Source: Escherichia phage LorandFenyves_Bas91. Taken from it: DNA of 64,000 nt. Positions 1-10,339 of the stretch are shown here, in pieces. Made by a program: the position numbers and the translations under genes. The notes below the pieces were generated by a model that was not told the origin of the DNA, did no database searches, and saw nothing but the letters and a program-made list of their open reading frames with translations. Position 1 is the first letter of the stretch; each line of letters opens with the position of its first letter. The stretch lies in sequence record PQ850614.1; one strand, 5' to 3'.

Positions 1-1542
1 ATGTCATTAGATAAACAAATTTATGAAGCTCTAACTGGTAACAACCTTAGTGTAGAGGAAAAGAAAGCACTATTGAATATGTTGAAAGAGCGTGACCAAT
101 GGAGGAAGTATAATAAGATTTTGTCTTTCAAGGCGTATGACTTCCAAAAGAAATTTTATGCAGCAGGATTGAAGCATCGCTTTAGATTCTTGTGTGCAGC
201 GAACCGTGTTGGTAAATCTTACAGCGAGGCATACGAGTTTGCTTGTCATGTCACAGGTCGCTACCCAACTTGGTGGACAGGATATAAATTTAAAAGACCT
301 ATCTTAGCATGGGCAGTTGGTATTACAGGGGATTCCACAAGGAAAGTATTGCAAAAGGAATTGTTTGGTACACCTATCGGAAAGGATACAAATTTATTGG
401 GGACAGGTGTCATTCCTCGTGATGCTATCGTCATTGACACGATAGAACGAGATGGTAACAAACTTCAAATCGTACAAATCAAACATCAAAACGAAAGAGG
501 AGAGTTTGACGGTTTAAGTACATTAGAATTCCGTTCAACCCAACAGGGTGAACACACATTGATGGGTGCAACAGTTGACTACATTTGGTTAGACGAAGAA
601 GATCCATATGAGTCTATGGCTATATTCGCACAGTGCGTCACACGTACACTCACAACTAAAGGTCTAGTTACAATTACAGCTACACCAGAGAACGGTTTAA
701 CTGAACTGGTAGATAAATTCATGAAAGGTGAAGGGGATGAGAGCACAGGTTCTCTATATTTCCAGAATGCTTCTTGGTGGGATGCTCATGTAGACTTAGG
801 TGGACATATCACTGACCAAGATATAAAAGATATGACTGAAGGTATTCCAGCGTGGCAGTTAGAGATGCGTTCGAAAGGTATGCCATTGTTAGGAAGTGGT
901 TTGATTTATGATGTATCGGATGACACAATTAAATGTGAACCATTCGAAATTCCTGATACGTGGAAACGTGTCTGTGCAATTGATATTGGTATTGATCACC
1001 CAACTGCTGCTGTTTGGACAGCTTATGATGCAAACACGGATACTATCTATGTTTACGACTCATATAAAGAAGGTGGCTTTACTCCAGTGTATCATGCTCC
1101 AGCTATTAATGGTCGTGGTCAGTGGATTCCTGTCATCCTGCCGCACGATGCGGACAATATTGAGAAAGGTAGTGGATCATCTGTTGCTCAATTCTATAAG
1201 AATGCAGGAGTTAACGTGCAGAGTGAGACCTTCTACAACAAAATTGGAATGGATGGTAAAAAGAACTTCTTTGTAGAACCGGGAATCACAGATATCCGAG
1301 AAAGAATGATGAGTGGACGCTTTAAAATCTTTAACACAGCCGCTAACGCTAAGCTATTCGAAGAGAAAGCTAGATATCACCGTAAGGTTGGTAAGATTAT
1401 TAAAGAACATGATGACTTAATGGATGCAATGCGCTATTCAGCGTGCTCTGTTACACATCGTGGTCGCTCTAAACATGACGTTAGCTACGGAAGTGCTTCT
1501 CTGTATGAGGCAAACGTAAGCAGATGGAATCAGAGTTACTAA
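1..1542 (+). CDS. terminase large subunit
   Basis: Walker A-like CAANRVGKS and Walker B-like DYIWLDEE in the N-terminal ATPase part; C-terminal nuclease-type region; sits directly upstream of portal. Window begins at its ATG. Confidence 0.88.
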   Translation: MSLDKQIYEALTGNNLSVEEKKALLNMLKERDQWRKYNKILSFKAYDFQKKFYAAGLKHRFRFLCAANRVGKSYSEAYEFACHVTGRYPTWWTGYKFKRPILAWAVGITGDSTRKVLQKELFGTPIGKDTNLLGTGVIPRDAIVIDTIERDGNKLQIVQIKHQNERGEFDGLSTLEFRSTQQGEHTLMGATVDYIWLDEEDPYESMAIFAQCVTRTLTTKGLVTITATPENGLTELVDKFMKGEGDESTGSLYFQNASWWDAHVDLGGHITDQDIKDMTEGIPAWQLEMRSKGMPLLGSGLIYDVSDDTIKCEPFEIPDTWKRVCAIDIGIDHPTAAVWTAYDANTDTIYVYDSYKEGGFTPVYHAPAINGRGQWIPVILPHDADNIEKGSGSSVAQFYKNAGVNVQSETFYNKIGMDGKKNFFVEPGITDIRERMMSGRFKIFNTAANAKLFEEKARYHRKVGKIIKEHDDLMDAMRYSACSVTHRGRSKHDVSYGSASLYEANVSRWNQSY

Positions 1543-1547
1543 AGTAA

Positions 1548-1577
1548 GGGGGAGGTTTGTCCTCCCTTCTTTTATTT
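1548..1577 (+). terminator. hairpin plus T-tract after terminase gene
   Basis: GGGAGG-TTTGT-CCTCCC stem-loop followed by TTCTTTTATTT. Confidence 0.5.
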
Positions 1578-1603
1578 AAGCTATCAACCGAGGGAGAGAA
1601 TCG

Positions 1604-3847
1604 ATGGCTAAGCAAAAATATAGTGAAGAGGTGTTGGACGAGTTACGTGTTGACCTTCAACGTCGTTTTAATTATGCTCAAGGCTACGTGGACATGGCTG
1701 TTAAGGGCTATGCTCGTGAAGCTTGGGAATATTTCTATGGTAACTTACCTGCACCAGTAACTGCTGGCAGCTCTAGTTGGGTAGATCGTACTGTTTGGGA
1801 ATCTGTTAACGGTACATTGCAAGATATTATTAACGTATTCTGCTCTGGTGATGAAGCAGTTACTTTCGTAGCTGACAACCAACAGGATTCTGATGCTGCT
1901 GATGTAGCAACTAAATTAGTTAACCAAATTCTTCTGCGTGACAATCCGGGATACAATATTATCTCTTCTGCTGCACAAGAATGTCTGGTTACTCGTAACT
2001 CTTTTATCAAGTATTATTGGGATGAACAAACTTCTACTCAAACTGAAGAAGCTGAAGGTGTACCACCGGAAGCATTGGCTGCATATGTTCAGGGATTAGA
2101 AGCTGGTGGACTCAAGAATCTGGAAGTCTTCACTGAAGAAAATGAAGACGGTACAGTCGATGTTAAAGTTACTTACGAACAAACTGTTAAACGTGTGAAA
2201 GTTGAATATGTTCCTTCAGAGCAAATCTTTGTTGATGAACATGCTACCTCTTTTGCAGATGCACAATACTTCTGTCATCGTGTACGTCGTTCTAAAGAAG
2301 ATCTGGTTGCTATGGGCTTCCCTAAAGATGAGATTGAAGCATTCAACGACTGGACAGACACGATGGATACCACTCAATCTACGGTTGCTTGGTCTCGTAC
2401 TGACTGGCGTCAGGATATTGATGCTGATATTGGTACAGATACCGAAGATATCGCTTCTATGGTTTGGGTTTATGAGCACTATATTCGTACTGGTGTTCTA
2501 GATAAGAATAAAGAGTCTAAACTCTATCAGGTTATTCAAGCTGGTGAGCATATCCTTCACACTGAAGAAGTAACTCACATTCCGTTTGTAACCTTCTGTC
2601 CGTATCCGATTCCGGGTTCCTTCTATGGTCAATCGGTCTATGACATTACGAAAGATATTCAAGATTTACGTACCGCGTTAGTTCGTGGTTATATTGATAA
2701 CGTCAACAATGCTAACTATGGTCGATACAAAGCTCTTGTTGGTGCATACGACCGTCGCTCTCTGCTTGATAACCGTCCCGGTGGAGTGGTTGAAATGGAA
2801 CGTCAGGACGCTATTGACCTGTTCCCATACCATAACCTACCTCAAGGTATTGACGGCCTTCTAGGCATGTCTGAGGAGCTTAAAGAGACACGTACCGGTG
2901 TAACCAAACTAGGCATGGGTATCAACCCTGATGTGTTTAAGAATGATAACGCTTATGCAACCGTAGGCTTGATGATGAATGCTGCACAGAACCGCCTCCG
3001 TATGGTATGTCGTAACATTGCTCACAACGGTATGGTTGAACTGATGCGTGGTATTTACAATCTTATCAGAGAAAATGGTGAAGTTCCTATTGAGGTACAA
3101 ACCCCTCGTGGTATGATTCAGGTAAATCCGAAACAATTACCAGCTCGTCACAATCTTCAAGTTGTTGTAGCTATCTCCCCTAATGAGAAAGCAGAACGTG
3201 CACAGAAACTGATTAGCTTGAAACAGCTGATTGCAGCAGATGCACAGTTAGCACCTCTCTTTGGTTTGGAGCAAGACCGTTACATGACTGCACAGATCTT
3301 TGAGTTGATGGGTATTAAAGATACACATAAATACCTTCTGCCTCTGGAACAGTATCAGCCTCCAGAACCTTCTCCGATGGAAATCCTCCAGCTCGAGATG
3401 ACTAAAGCTCAGGTTGAGAACGTACAGGCTTCTTCTCAGAAGATGATTGCTGATGCATTCGACCAACGTGAACGTACTACATTCGAACAGCAGAAAGCTG
3501 CGGATGAATTAAGTCTGCGTCAGGAAGAGTTGCAGTTCAAGCAAGAAAATGCAGCAGATGCAATGACTCTGGAAAACCGTAAAGAAGATAACAATGCTAC
3601 TCTGGAACAAGCTAAGCACAAGTTAGCTCTTATGCAACAGCAGGTCCGTCAGTATGAATCTGTACTGAAAGAATTGCAGATGGTTATGTCTCATCAGGTA
3701 GACCAAGAGAAGATTGTTCAGCAAGCTCGTGTTCAGGACAAAACTTTGGAACTCCAAAAGAAAGAAGCTAATGTAACTAAGAAAGAGCAACAAGCTTCTC
3801 TCAAAGATTCACGGATTCCAGGCAAACGTCTTGGAAGTAAAAAGTAA
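1604..3847 (+). CDS. portal protein
   Basis: 747 aa, immediately after terminase, long coiled-coil acidic C-terminus; RBS GGGAGAG upstream. Confidence 0.75.
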   Translation: MAKQKYSEEVLDELRVDLQRRFNYAQGYVDMAVKGYAREAWEYFYGNLPAPVTAGSSSWVDRTVWESVNGTLQDIINVFCSGDEAVTFVADNQQDSDAADVATKLVNQILLRDNPGYNIISSAAQECLVTRNSFIKYYWDEQTSTQTEEAEGVPPEALAAYVQGLEAGGLKNLEVFTEENEDGTVDVKVTYEQTVKRVKVEYVPSEQIFVDEHATSFADAQYFCHRVRRSKEDLVAMGFPKDEIEAFNDWTDTMDTTQSTVAWSRTDWRQDIDADIGTDTEDIASMVWVYEHYIRTGVLDKNKESKLYQVIQAGEHILHTEEVTHIPFVTFCPYPIPGSFYGQSVYDITKDIQDLRTALVRGYIDNVNNANYGRYKALVGAYDRRSLLDNRPGGVVEMERQDAIDLFPYHNLPQGIDGLLGMSEELKETRTGVTKLGMGINPDVFKNDNAYATVGLMMNAAQNRLRMVCRNIAHNGMVELMRGIYNLIRENGEVPIEVQTPRGMIQVNPKQLPARHNLQVVVAISPNEKAERAQKLISLKQLIAADAQLAPLFGLEQDRYMTAQIFELMGIKDTHKYLLPLEQYQPPEPSPMEILQLEMTKAQVENVQASSQKMIADAFDQRERTTFEQQKAADELSLRQEELQFKQENAADAMTLENRKEDNNATLEQAKHKLALMQQQVRQYESVLKELQMVMSHQVDQEKIVQQARVQDKTLELQKKEANVTKKEQQASLKDSRIPGKRLGSKK

Positions 3848-3856
3848 GGACGTCGA

Positions 3857-4093
3857 ATGAACATTAGGCATCAATTCAATAAAGAGCACGCCGCCGCTTT
3901 GGCGGCTCTCAATCTTAACGGCAGTCTTGACGCAGCATTAGAGGCATTGAAAGAAAGACTCATGACAGAGATAGTTCAAACCGAACCTCATGAGAATAAG
4001 AAACGCGAAGATTGTTATCAAAAGTATAAAATGGTGGGTAGCTTAAAAGAGGTCATAAAAGCTGCTATCAATAGTGCAGGAGATGTTTCATAA
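3857..4093 (+). CDS. hypothetical head-morphogenesis protein
   Basis: 78 aa ORF with AAGGA RBS; stop overlaps next start (TAATG). Confidence 0.45.
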   Translation: MNIRHQFNKEHAAALAALNLNGSLDAALEALKERLMTEIVQTEPHENKKREDCYQKYKMVGSLKEVIKAAINSAGDVS

Positions 4094-5169
4094 TGCCACA
4101 AGATAATTATATTGACCCGAACGATTTTAAATCTTTCCTCCAACTGGATGACCTGAAAGGTTCTTTCAAAGAAGAACTCGGTCGATTAGAATCTGAACAA
4201 GAACCAGAAGTGGACATTGACGATGAGTTCCCGGAAAAAGACGGTGACGATTTCGACTTTGATCCCGACCTTCTCGGTGAAAGCGATGAGCTTAAGTTCG
4301 AAGATGAAGATGGTTGGGAAGATCGTGAAGAGGAAGGCGAAGTCGAAGAAGATGAAGATGAATCCTCTGAAGCAGAAGAACAAGAGGAAGAAGATTCAAG
4401 CGATGCAGAGTATGAAGATGATTCTGCTGACGGTGAAGGTGAAGTCTTTGATGTAGACTACGAAACCGTTATCACCCTTCCTGATGGACGTGAGATGACT
4501 ATTGAAGAACTTTCTAATGGCTATCTTACTGGTGCTGATATGACAGAACGAGAATCAACTCTTCAGCGTCATATGGAAGCATTCGAGGAACGTGTAGTAG
4601 GTTTGAAGGATGTATTAGAACTAGCGTCTTTAGAAGCAGACCGAGTAATTGAAGATTATAACGGTTTTGATTGGGACAAGCTTGCAGTAGAAGATCCTCA
4701 AGCATATGTTGAAAACAAACGTTTCCTAGAGAAGTACACAGCTCGCCGTCAACAGCTTGAACAGGCTCAGGTCCGTATTAAGCAGGAAGCAGCAGCTAAA
4801 GAGCAGGAAGCTTTCCAAGCCAAGAGTATTGAATGTGTTAATATTCTGAAACGTGAGATTCCAAATTGGGATGAAAACTTATATCAAAACTTAATGCAAT
4901 ACGCAATTGACTTAGGTGCTACTGAAGAAGAGGTATTGAAGGAAAACCGTCCGTCTATTTTCCTAGCTCTCCATAAAGCATACCAATTTGATAAAGGTAA
5001 GCAACAGGTGATGGCTAAGATTAAACGTCCCGGTGCTCCACGCAAGGTTGTGAAGTCTGATGCTGCAAAGTCTCGCACTTCCAATAAGCCCGACAACGCT
5101 AAGGTTGCCAAGGCATTCGCAGAGGGTCGCGTTAGTCACGAAGACGCATTCAAATTCCTCGTAGATTAA
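4093..5169 (+). CDS. putative scaffolding protein
   Basis: Strongly acidic D/E-rich N-terminal half, helical coiled-coil C-terminal half; lies between portal and major capsid. Confidence 0.55.
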   Translation: MPQDNYIDPNDFKSFLQLDDLKGSFKEELGRLESEQEPEVDIDDEFPEKDGDDFDFDPDLLGESDELKFEDEDGWEDREEEGEVEEDEDESSEAEEQEEEDSSDAEYEDDSADGEGEVFDVDYETVITLPDGREMTIEELSNGYLTGADMTERESTLQRHMEAFEERVVGLKDVLELASLEADRVIEDYNGFDWDKLAVEDPQAYVENKRFLEKYTARRQQLEQAQVRIKQEAAAKEQEAFQAKSIECVNILKREIPNWDENLYQNLMQYAIDLGATEEEVLKENRPSIFLALHKAYQFDKGKQQVMAKIKRPGAPRKVVKSDAAKSRTSNKPDNAKVAKAFAEGRVSHEDAFKFLVD

Positions 5170-5210
5170 TCGACAAATTAAATTATTAATAGTATAGGAG
5201 CTAACATAAC

Positions 5211-6269
5211 ATGGCTAATCCAACTTTATTTGTATCGTATGACCAGAATGGTAAAAAACTTTCTTTTGCTAACTGGATTTCTGTTCTGTCCCCTCAGGAT
5301 ACCCCGTTCGTATCTATGACCGGTAAAGAGTCTATCAACCAGACTATCTTTAGCTGGCAGACCGATGCACTGGCAAGCGTTGACGGTAATAACGCACACG
5401 TCGAAGGCTCTCGTGCTGAAGACGGCGAAATGAAACCGACTGTTATCAAATCTAACGTTACTCAGATTCTGCGTAAGGTTGTTCGCGTTTCTGATACTGC
5501 TAACACCACCGCTAACTACGGTCGTGGTCGTGAACTGATGTATCAGCTGGAGAAGAAAGGTAAAGAGATCAAGCGTGACCTCGAGAAAATCCTTCTGTCC
5601 GGTCAGGCTCGTACCGATGTTCTGGCTGACCAGTATCTGACTAACTCCGCAGCTGATCCTGCTGTTGCTGGTCTGAATGACACCCATGCAGCTCGTAAGA
5701 CTGGTGCATTCCAGTTCCTGTGTGCTCACGGTGGTCTGGCTGGTGGCGTTGTTGACAAGACCAAGAATGGTCCTGCTGACCCGGATACTGGTGCAGTAAC
5801 TGTTAAAGTTGCACAGAATGCTTCTAACCCGACCACTAACATCGGTTTTGATGAAGCTGATATCTTTGATATGACTCTGCAACTGTACACCGCTGGTTCT
5901 GAAGCAGATATCATCATGATTAACCCGGCTCATGCTAAGATCTTCGCTGGTCTGCAAGAAAATACTCAGGGTTCACGTAAGCGTATCTTTGAGAACACCA
6001 AGCAGTTCATCTACGAAGTTAACAGCATCACTGACCCGCTGGGCCAGAGCTACAAAATCATCGTTAACCGTTGGATGCCTACCGATGCAGTTTACTTCTT
6101 CCGTAGCGCTGACTGGACTCAGATGGTTCTGCGTGCTCCGAAACGTACTGAACTGGCGAAAGATGGTTCTTACGAGAAGTGGATGATTGAAATGGAAGTT
6201 GGTCTGCGTCACCGCAACCCGTATGCTTCCGGCGTTCTGTTCACTGCTGCGGGAAAGGTGGCGGCGTAA
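5211..6269 (+). CDS. major capsid protein
   Basis: 352 aa; position after scaffold; strong terminator downstream; HK97-fold is expected from position, not verified. Confidence 0.75.
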   Translation: MANPTLFVSYDQNGKKLSFANWISVLSPQDTPFVSMTGKESINQTIFSWQTDALASVDGNNAHVEGSRAEDGEMKPTVIKSNVTQILRKVVRVSDTANTTANYGRGRELMYQLEKKGKEIKRDLEKILLSGQARTDVLADQYLTNSAADPAVAGLNDTHAARKTGAFQFLCAHGGLAGGVVDKTKNGPADPDTGAVTVKVAQNASNPTTNIGFDEADIFDMTLQLYTAGSEADIIMINPAHAKIFAGLQENTQGSRKRIFENTKQFIYEVNSITDPLGQSYKIIVNRWMPTDAVYFFRSADWTQMVLRAPKRTELAKDGSYEKWMIEMEVGLRHRNPYASGVLFTAAGKVAA

Positions 6270-6793
6270 CAGTAGACAGTGTGACTGTTAGCCCTGCGTC
6301 TTTAGCTAGTCTAGAGACAGGGGCTACTCGGCAGTTCACTGCAAGCGCGGAGAAAAGTGATGGTTCTACCGAAACAACTGGCTTTACTTGGTCAGTGACA
6401 GGAGGTGGTTCTATCACTCAGTCGGGTTTGTATGCTGCTCCGAGTGCGTCTCAATCCACTGATGTATCCATTACTGCAACTTTAGAAGGTGTTTCTGGAA
6501 CAGCAACCATTTCTGAAATTGTTGCTCCTGCTCCTACTATTGTAGCTAAGGGTCCAATTACGGGTAAAACTGGTGGTTCCTCCACTAATTTCACTACCAT
6601 GTTTACTGTAACTAATTCTGCTGCTGCGGATTACACGTTTGTTGTAACTCCTACAGAAGCTGGTACAGTAAGCGCAGCTGGTGCGTTAACCTTAGATGCT
6701 GCTGCAAGTGGCGAAGTTACTGTTCAAGCAAGTTTGACAGCTGATCCGTCCATCAATGCAACATGCACTTTTACTGGTGTAACACCTGCTTAA
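5211..6793 (+). CDS. major capsid protein with C-terminal Ig-like (BIG2-type) extension made by -1 frameshift
   Basis: The -1 frame is open from 6191 to 6793 and overlaps the capsid 3' end; slippery heptamer G GGA AAG lies 10 nt before the capsid stop; downstream frame encodes a Thr/Ser/Gly-rich Ig-like domain. Confidence 0.5.
6251..6257 (+). other. -1 programmed frameshift slippery heptamer GGGAAAG
   Basis: X XXY YYZ pattern in the capsid reading frame, same heptamer as the lambda G-T shift site; a short possible hairpin ACAGT...ACTGT follows at about 6269-6288. Confidence 0.5.
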
Positions 6794-6800
6794 AACTAGA

Positions 6801-6830
6801 CCCTGCCTTCGGGCGGGGTTTTTTCGTTTT
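6801..6830 (+). terminator. rho-independent terminator after capsid gene
   Basis: CCCTGCC-TTCG-GGCGGGG stem-loop followed by TTTTTTCGTTTT. Confidence 0.8.
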
Positions 6831-6852
6831 AAGACCTATACAAGCAAGTGTG

Positions 6853-6861
6853 TAATGTATA
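6853..6861 (+). promoter_or_regulatory. TAATGTATA element, candidate phage-sigma promoter
   Basis: Exact 9-mer 34 nt upstream of the ATG at 6895, directly after the capsid terminator; same 9-mer recurs at 23765 and twice in the 33.5-33.9 kb intergenic region. Confidence 0.45.
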
Positions 6862-6894
6862 TTCTTTGTCTACATATAACAAGGAGGACAACCT

Positions 6895-7647
6895 ATGGCA
6901 ATGCCAGATGTTCAATACCCCATCAATACCTATGGGTGGCTAAAGAAGGCCGTGGCCCTCTGGGCAGATAGGGACGACGATGAATTTGTTAATCAAATTC
7001 CAAACTTTATTAACTTTGCAGAGAAAGAGATTTATCGTAACTTACGTATCCCCCCTCTGGAAAAAGAAGTGTATTTAGATATTAAAGATGGAGTAGCTTA
7101 TATTCCTCCTGATTACCTAGAAGCTCAATGGATGATGAGAGCCAAAGATGGTACAATCTTCCAAGTAACATCTCCTGAAGAGATTAGCTATCGTAGACAG
7201 CATGGAACAATTAATCCATCTCACTGGAACAACCAACCTGTTAACTTTGCTCGTTTCGGTAGTCGTTTCATTTTCTATCCTAGCATTGAAGCAGATACTC
7301 CGTACTACCCTGATGATGGAAGCCCTTTGATTCCAGCAGAAAACTCAGTGATTCTTAGCTATTATGCAGACCCACCGGAATTCCATGAAGATACAGATAC
7401 TAGTACTATTCTTACTATAGCACCAGAACTTCTTCTGTACTTCACCCTACGTCATGCTTGTCTCTTTGTTCAAGATGATAATGGTGTTCAGAAATGGTCA
7501 GCATTAGGAAAAGCTATCCTTGATGAAATGGTAGAACAGAATAAGAAACAAGAGTACTCAGGTTCACCTATCGCAATTCCGAATAACATGACTCGACTTC
7601 AGAGCAGCCTGCCTGATATTTATGGTATTCGTACTTCTCGTGTATAA
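6895..7647 (+). CDS. hypothetical virion protein (possible adaptor or tail tube)
   Basis: 250 aa ORF with AAGGAGGA RBS, first gene after capsid terminator and promoter-like element. Confidence 0.5.
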   Translation: MAMPDVQYPINTYGWLKKAVALWADRDDDEFVNQIPNFINFAEKEIYRNLRIPPLEKEVYLDIKDGVAYIPPDYLEAQWMMRAKDGTIFQVTSPEEISYRRQHGTINPSHWNNQPVNFARFGSRFIFYPSIEADTPYYPDDGSPLIPAENSVILSYYADPPEFHEDTDTSTILTIAPELLLYFTLRHACLFVQDDNGVQKWSALGKAILDEMVEQNKKQEYSGSPIAIPNNMTRLQSSLPDIYGIRTSRV

Positions 7648-7656
7648 GGAGATAAT

Positions 7657-10299
7657 ATGATCGTTTATAATAACCAAGCACCTGATGCAGTGAATAACGT
7701 TGGGCAGTTTGGTGCTACTGAAGGCTCTATCGGGGCTTATAAGCAAGCAGCAGAATATGCAGCTGACTCCAAATATTGGGCACTGTTAGCAGAATCTAAG
7801 TTTGGTACAATTGATGATTTGATCGCTGAAGTAGAACGTTTATATCAGCAAGGTGTTCTGATGAAGCAGGATATCGAAGATCTTAAGCAGGACTTTAAAG
7901 ATCAAGATGCTCGTCTGATGAGTTTGATTGCTCAAACTAACGCAGCGGTATCAGATGCGAATAATGCTGTAGCTCTAATTAATCAGAAACTTATTGAAGT
8001 CCAGAACCAGCTTGACGTTCTGTTAGGAATGTCCGTTGATGTAACCACACTTCCTCCGGGAACTCCGGCTACTGGTTCTTTTAATCCTAACACTGGTGTA
8101 ATTTCTTTAGGTATCCCAGAAGGCGAACCCGGAAAGGATGGTTCTGTTAAGGATTTAGACACAGCTCCTACTGGTGTTCCAGAGCTAGGTGACTTGGGTT
8201 TCTATGTTGATAAAGATGACAATACCGTCCATAAAACTACTCTAGAGAATATTGCTAACTTAATCCCATCTGTTCGTTCTGTTTCTGTTAATGGGGGACC
8301 AGCTCTTGATGGAGAGGTTGCTCTAACAATCAACAAAGAGACAGTAGGTTTAGGAAATGTTCTGAATGTTGCTCAGTACAGTCGTCAAGAGATTAATGAC
8401 AAATTTGACAAGACTACCAAGACATACCAATCAAAAGCAGAAGCTGATGCTGATGCTCAGTATCGTCAAGTAGGTGAGAAAGTTTTAGTTTGGGAAGCTA
8501 CTAAGTATGAATTCTATACTGTTGCTGCTAACAAAACATTGACTCCAGTTAAAACTGAAGGTAGAATTCTTACCGTTAACTCCCGTTCTCCAGATTCCAG
8601 TGGTAACATTGACATTACCATTCCAACAGGAAACCCTTCTCTGTATCTTGGTGAGATGGTGATGTTCCCTTACGACCCATCTAAGAATATCTCCTACCCA
8701 GGAGTTCTTCCTGCTGATGGTCGTCTGGTATCAAAAGAATCTGCTTCAGATTTAGGCCCATCCCTTGTCAGCGGACAGCTCCCTGTTGTTTCAGAAACTG
8801 AATGGCAATCGGGGGCTAAACAGTACTTCTCTTGGGGCAAGTTAGCAGACGGTATTACCGATGCGGATTCTACTAATTTTATCAACATTCGACTCCCTGA
8901 TTGGACTGGAGGGGAGGCAATAAGAGCACCAGATTCTGATAAAGACTCTCAGTACAATGGGTCTGTACAGGCTCAGAAACCTTATGTTGTTACTGTAAAT
9001 AACCAAGCTCCTGATGAGATTACTGGTAATGTGAACATCTCCAGATCAATTTTAGGTGCTGCTTCTTCTGGAGCAAACTCTGACATTACATCTTTATCTG
9101 GACTCACAACACCGCTATCCATCTCTCAAGGTGGTACTGGAGCTAAAGATGCTGCTGGTGCTCGTTCTAATTTAGGTCTAGGCTCAACAGCTACCCTCAA
9201 CACAATACCTGTAGCCAATGGTGGCACAGGAGCAACTACTGTTGATGTTGCTCGTTCCAATTTATCCATAGACCGAATAGATCAAGCCTCCGGGGAGAGT
9301 AAATTATTATCCCCTAACAAAGAAACCTACCTCTTTGTGGATAACAATGGGTGGGGCTGTTATAGTACCTCAGCTGGAAGGGTTGGTGATGTGGCTCTTT
9401 CTGTTGAAAGAGGCGGTACTGGAGCTAAAAATGCTGCTAGTGCCCGATCTAACTTGGGGTTGGGGAGTGTTTCCACTCTAGATAACGTCCCTATCGCTAG
9501 TGGTGGGACAGGGGCTGGAGATGCTGCTGGTGCAAGGTTTAATCTTGGGTTAGGTAACTCAGCCACGATGAATACCGGAACTAACAGTGATAATGTTCTT
9601 AAGGTTGGTGATTTTGGAATTGGAAGACCTGACGGCGCTCTTGTTTTTGATACTACTTCACAAGACCAACTTCTTGCTGGACTTGACACTTATGGGCTGT
9701 GTGTGTTTAGGAATAACCAACAAATAGCAGCACCTTGGGACATATGGAACTACTCCTCAAACCTTTTCTTTAGGGCGGGTGACACATACAGTATGATAAG
9801 TATTCCGTTTGAGTCTGCTGGTAAGATAAAAGTTTTTGGTGGTGCATCAGGCAGTGGGTGGAAAACCTCAAGGACGGTATATGATACTGTAAATACAACT
9901 GTTGACGTCAATGGCTTTATCAAAGCAGCGTCACCAATAGTTAAGGTATTCCATGACGGAAGTTTTGAAACAAACGAACAATCTGATGGAGTTAGTGTTA
10001 AGAAAATCTCCACCGGGGTTTATTTAATTTCAGGGTGTCTTGGTCTTAATTCTGATGCAGGATGGGGTGGTGTAGATGGAGGTTTTGAAATCCCAATAGA
10101 CCGAAACAAACAACCTAGAGTTTGGCTTGACTATGAGGTTAAAGAGGATGGTTCTCTTTTAATTAAAACTTATCATAGAACCCATTCAACATCCCCAGCT
10201 TTTGCTAGAAACGAGTTGGAAGGTTTTTCTGACGGAGACCCTGTTGACATTCCTAAGGATGCGTTCATTTCGGTTCGTGTTGAAATGCCTTCTAAGTAA
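7657..10299 (+). CDS. tail fibre protein with GGTGA...AR.NLGLG repeats
   Basis: Three or more repeats (SQGGTGAKDAAGARSNLGLGS, ERGGTGAKNAASARSNLGLGS, SGGTGAGDAAGARFNLGLGN) typical of phage tail-fibre repeats. Confidence 0.7.
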   Translation: MIVYNNQAPDAVNNVGQFGATEGSIGAYKQAAEYAADSKYWALLAESKFGTIDDLIAEVERLYQQGVLMKQDIEDLKQDFKDQDARLMSLIAQTNAAVSDANNAVALINQKLIEVQNQLDVLLGMSVDVTTLPPGTPATGSFNPNTGVISLGIPEGEPGKDGSVKDLDTAPTGVPELGDLGFYVDKDDNTVHKTTLENIANLIPSVRSVSVNGGPALDGEVALTINKETVGLGNVLNVAQYSRQEINDKFDKTTKTYQSKAEADADAQYRQVGEKVLVWEATKYEFYTVAANKTLTPVKTEGRILTVNSRSPDSSGNIDITIPTGNPSLYLGEMVMFPYDPSKNISYPGVLPADGRLVSKESASDLGPSLVSGQLPVVSETEWQSGAKQYFSWGKLADGITDADSTNFINIRLPDWTGGEAIRAPDSDKDSQYNGSVQAQKPYVVTVNNQAPDEITGNVNISRSILGAASSGANSDITSLSGLTTPLSISQGGTGAKDAAGARSNLGLGSTATLNTIPVANGGTGATTVDVARSNLSIDRIDQASGESKLLSPNKETYLFVDNNGWGCYSTSAGRVGDVALSVERGGTGAKNAASARSNLGLGSVSTLDNVPIASGGTGAGDAAGARFNLGLGNSATMNTGTNSDNVLKVGDFGIGRPDGALVFDTTSQDQLLAGLDTYGLCVFRNNQQIAAPWDIWNYSSNLFFRAGDTYSMISIPFESAGKIKVFGGASGSGWKTSRTVYDTVNTTVDVNGFIKAASPIVKVFHDGSFETNEQSDGVSVKKISTGVYLISGCLGLNSDAGWGGVDGGFEIPIDRNKQPRVWLDYEVKEDGSLLIKTYHRTHSTSPAFARNELEGFSDGDPVDIPKDAFISVRVEMPSK

Positions 10300-10308
10300 A
10301 TTAACAAT

Positions 10309-10324
10309 GCTCCCTTCGGGGAGC
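10309..10324 (+). terminator. intercistronic hairpin (weak terminator)
   Basis: GCTCCC-TTCG-GGGAGC followed by TTTAAGGAG; the T-tract is short and merges with the next RBS. Confidence 0.4.
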
Positions 10325-10339
10325 TTTAAGGAGATTTAA

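Noticed and set aside
5226-5957. 243-aa minus-strand ORF inside the major capsid gene, with similar antisense or off-frame ORFs at 261..461, 908..1276, 2216..2479, 9360..9689, 22899..23384, 25420..25731 and others
   Set aside because: They lie entirely within well-supported genes on the opposite strand or in alternative frames, lack RBSs and have low-complexity or Ser/Thr/Cys-rich translations typical of shadow ORFs.
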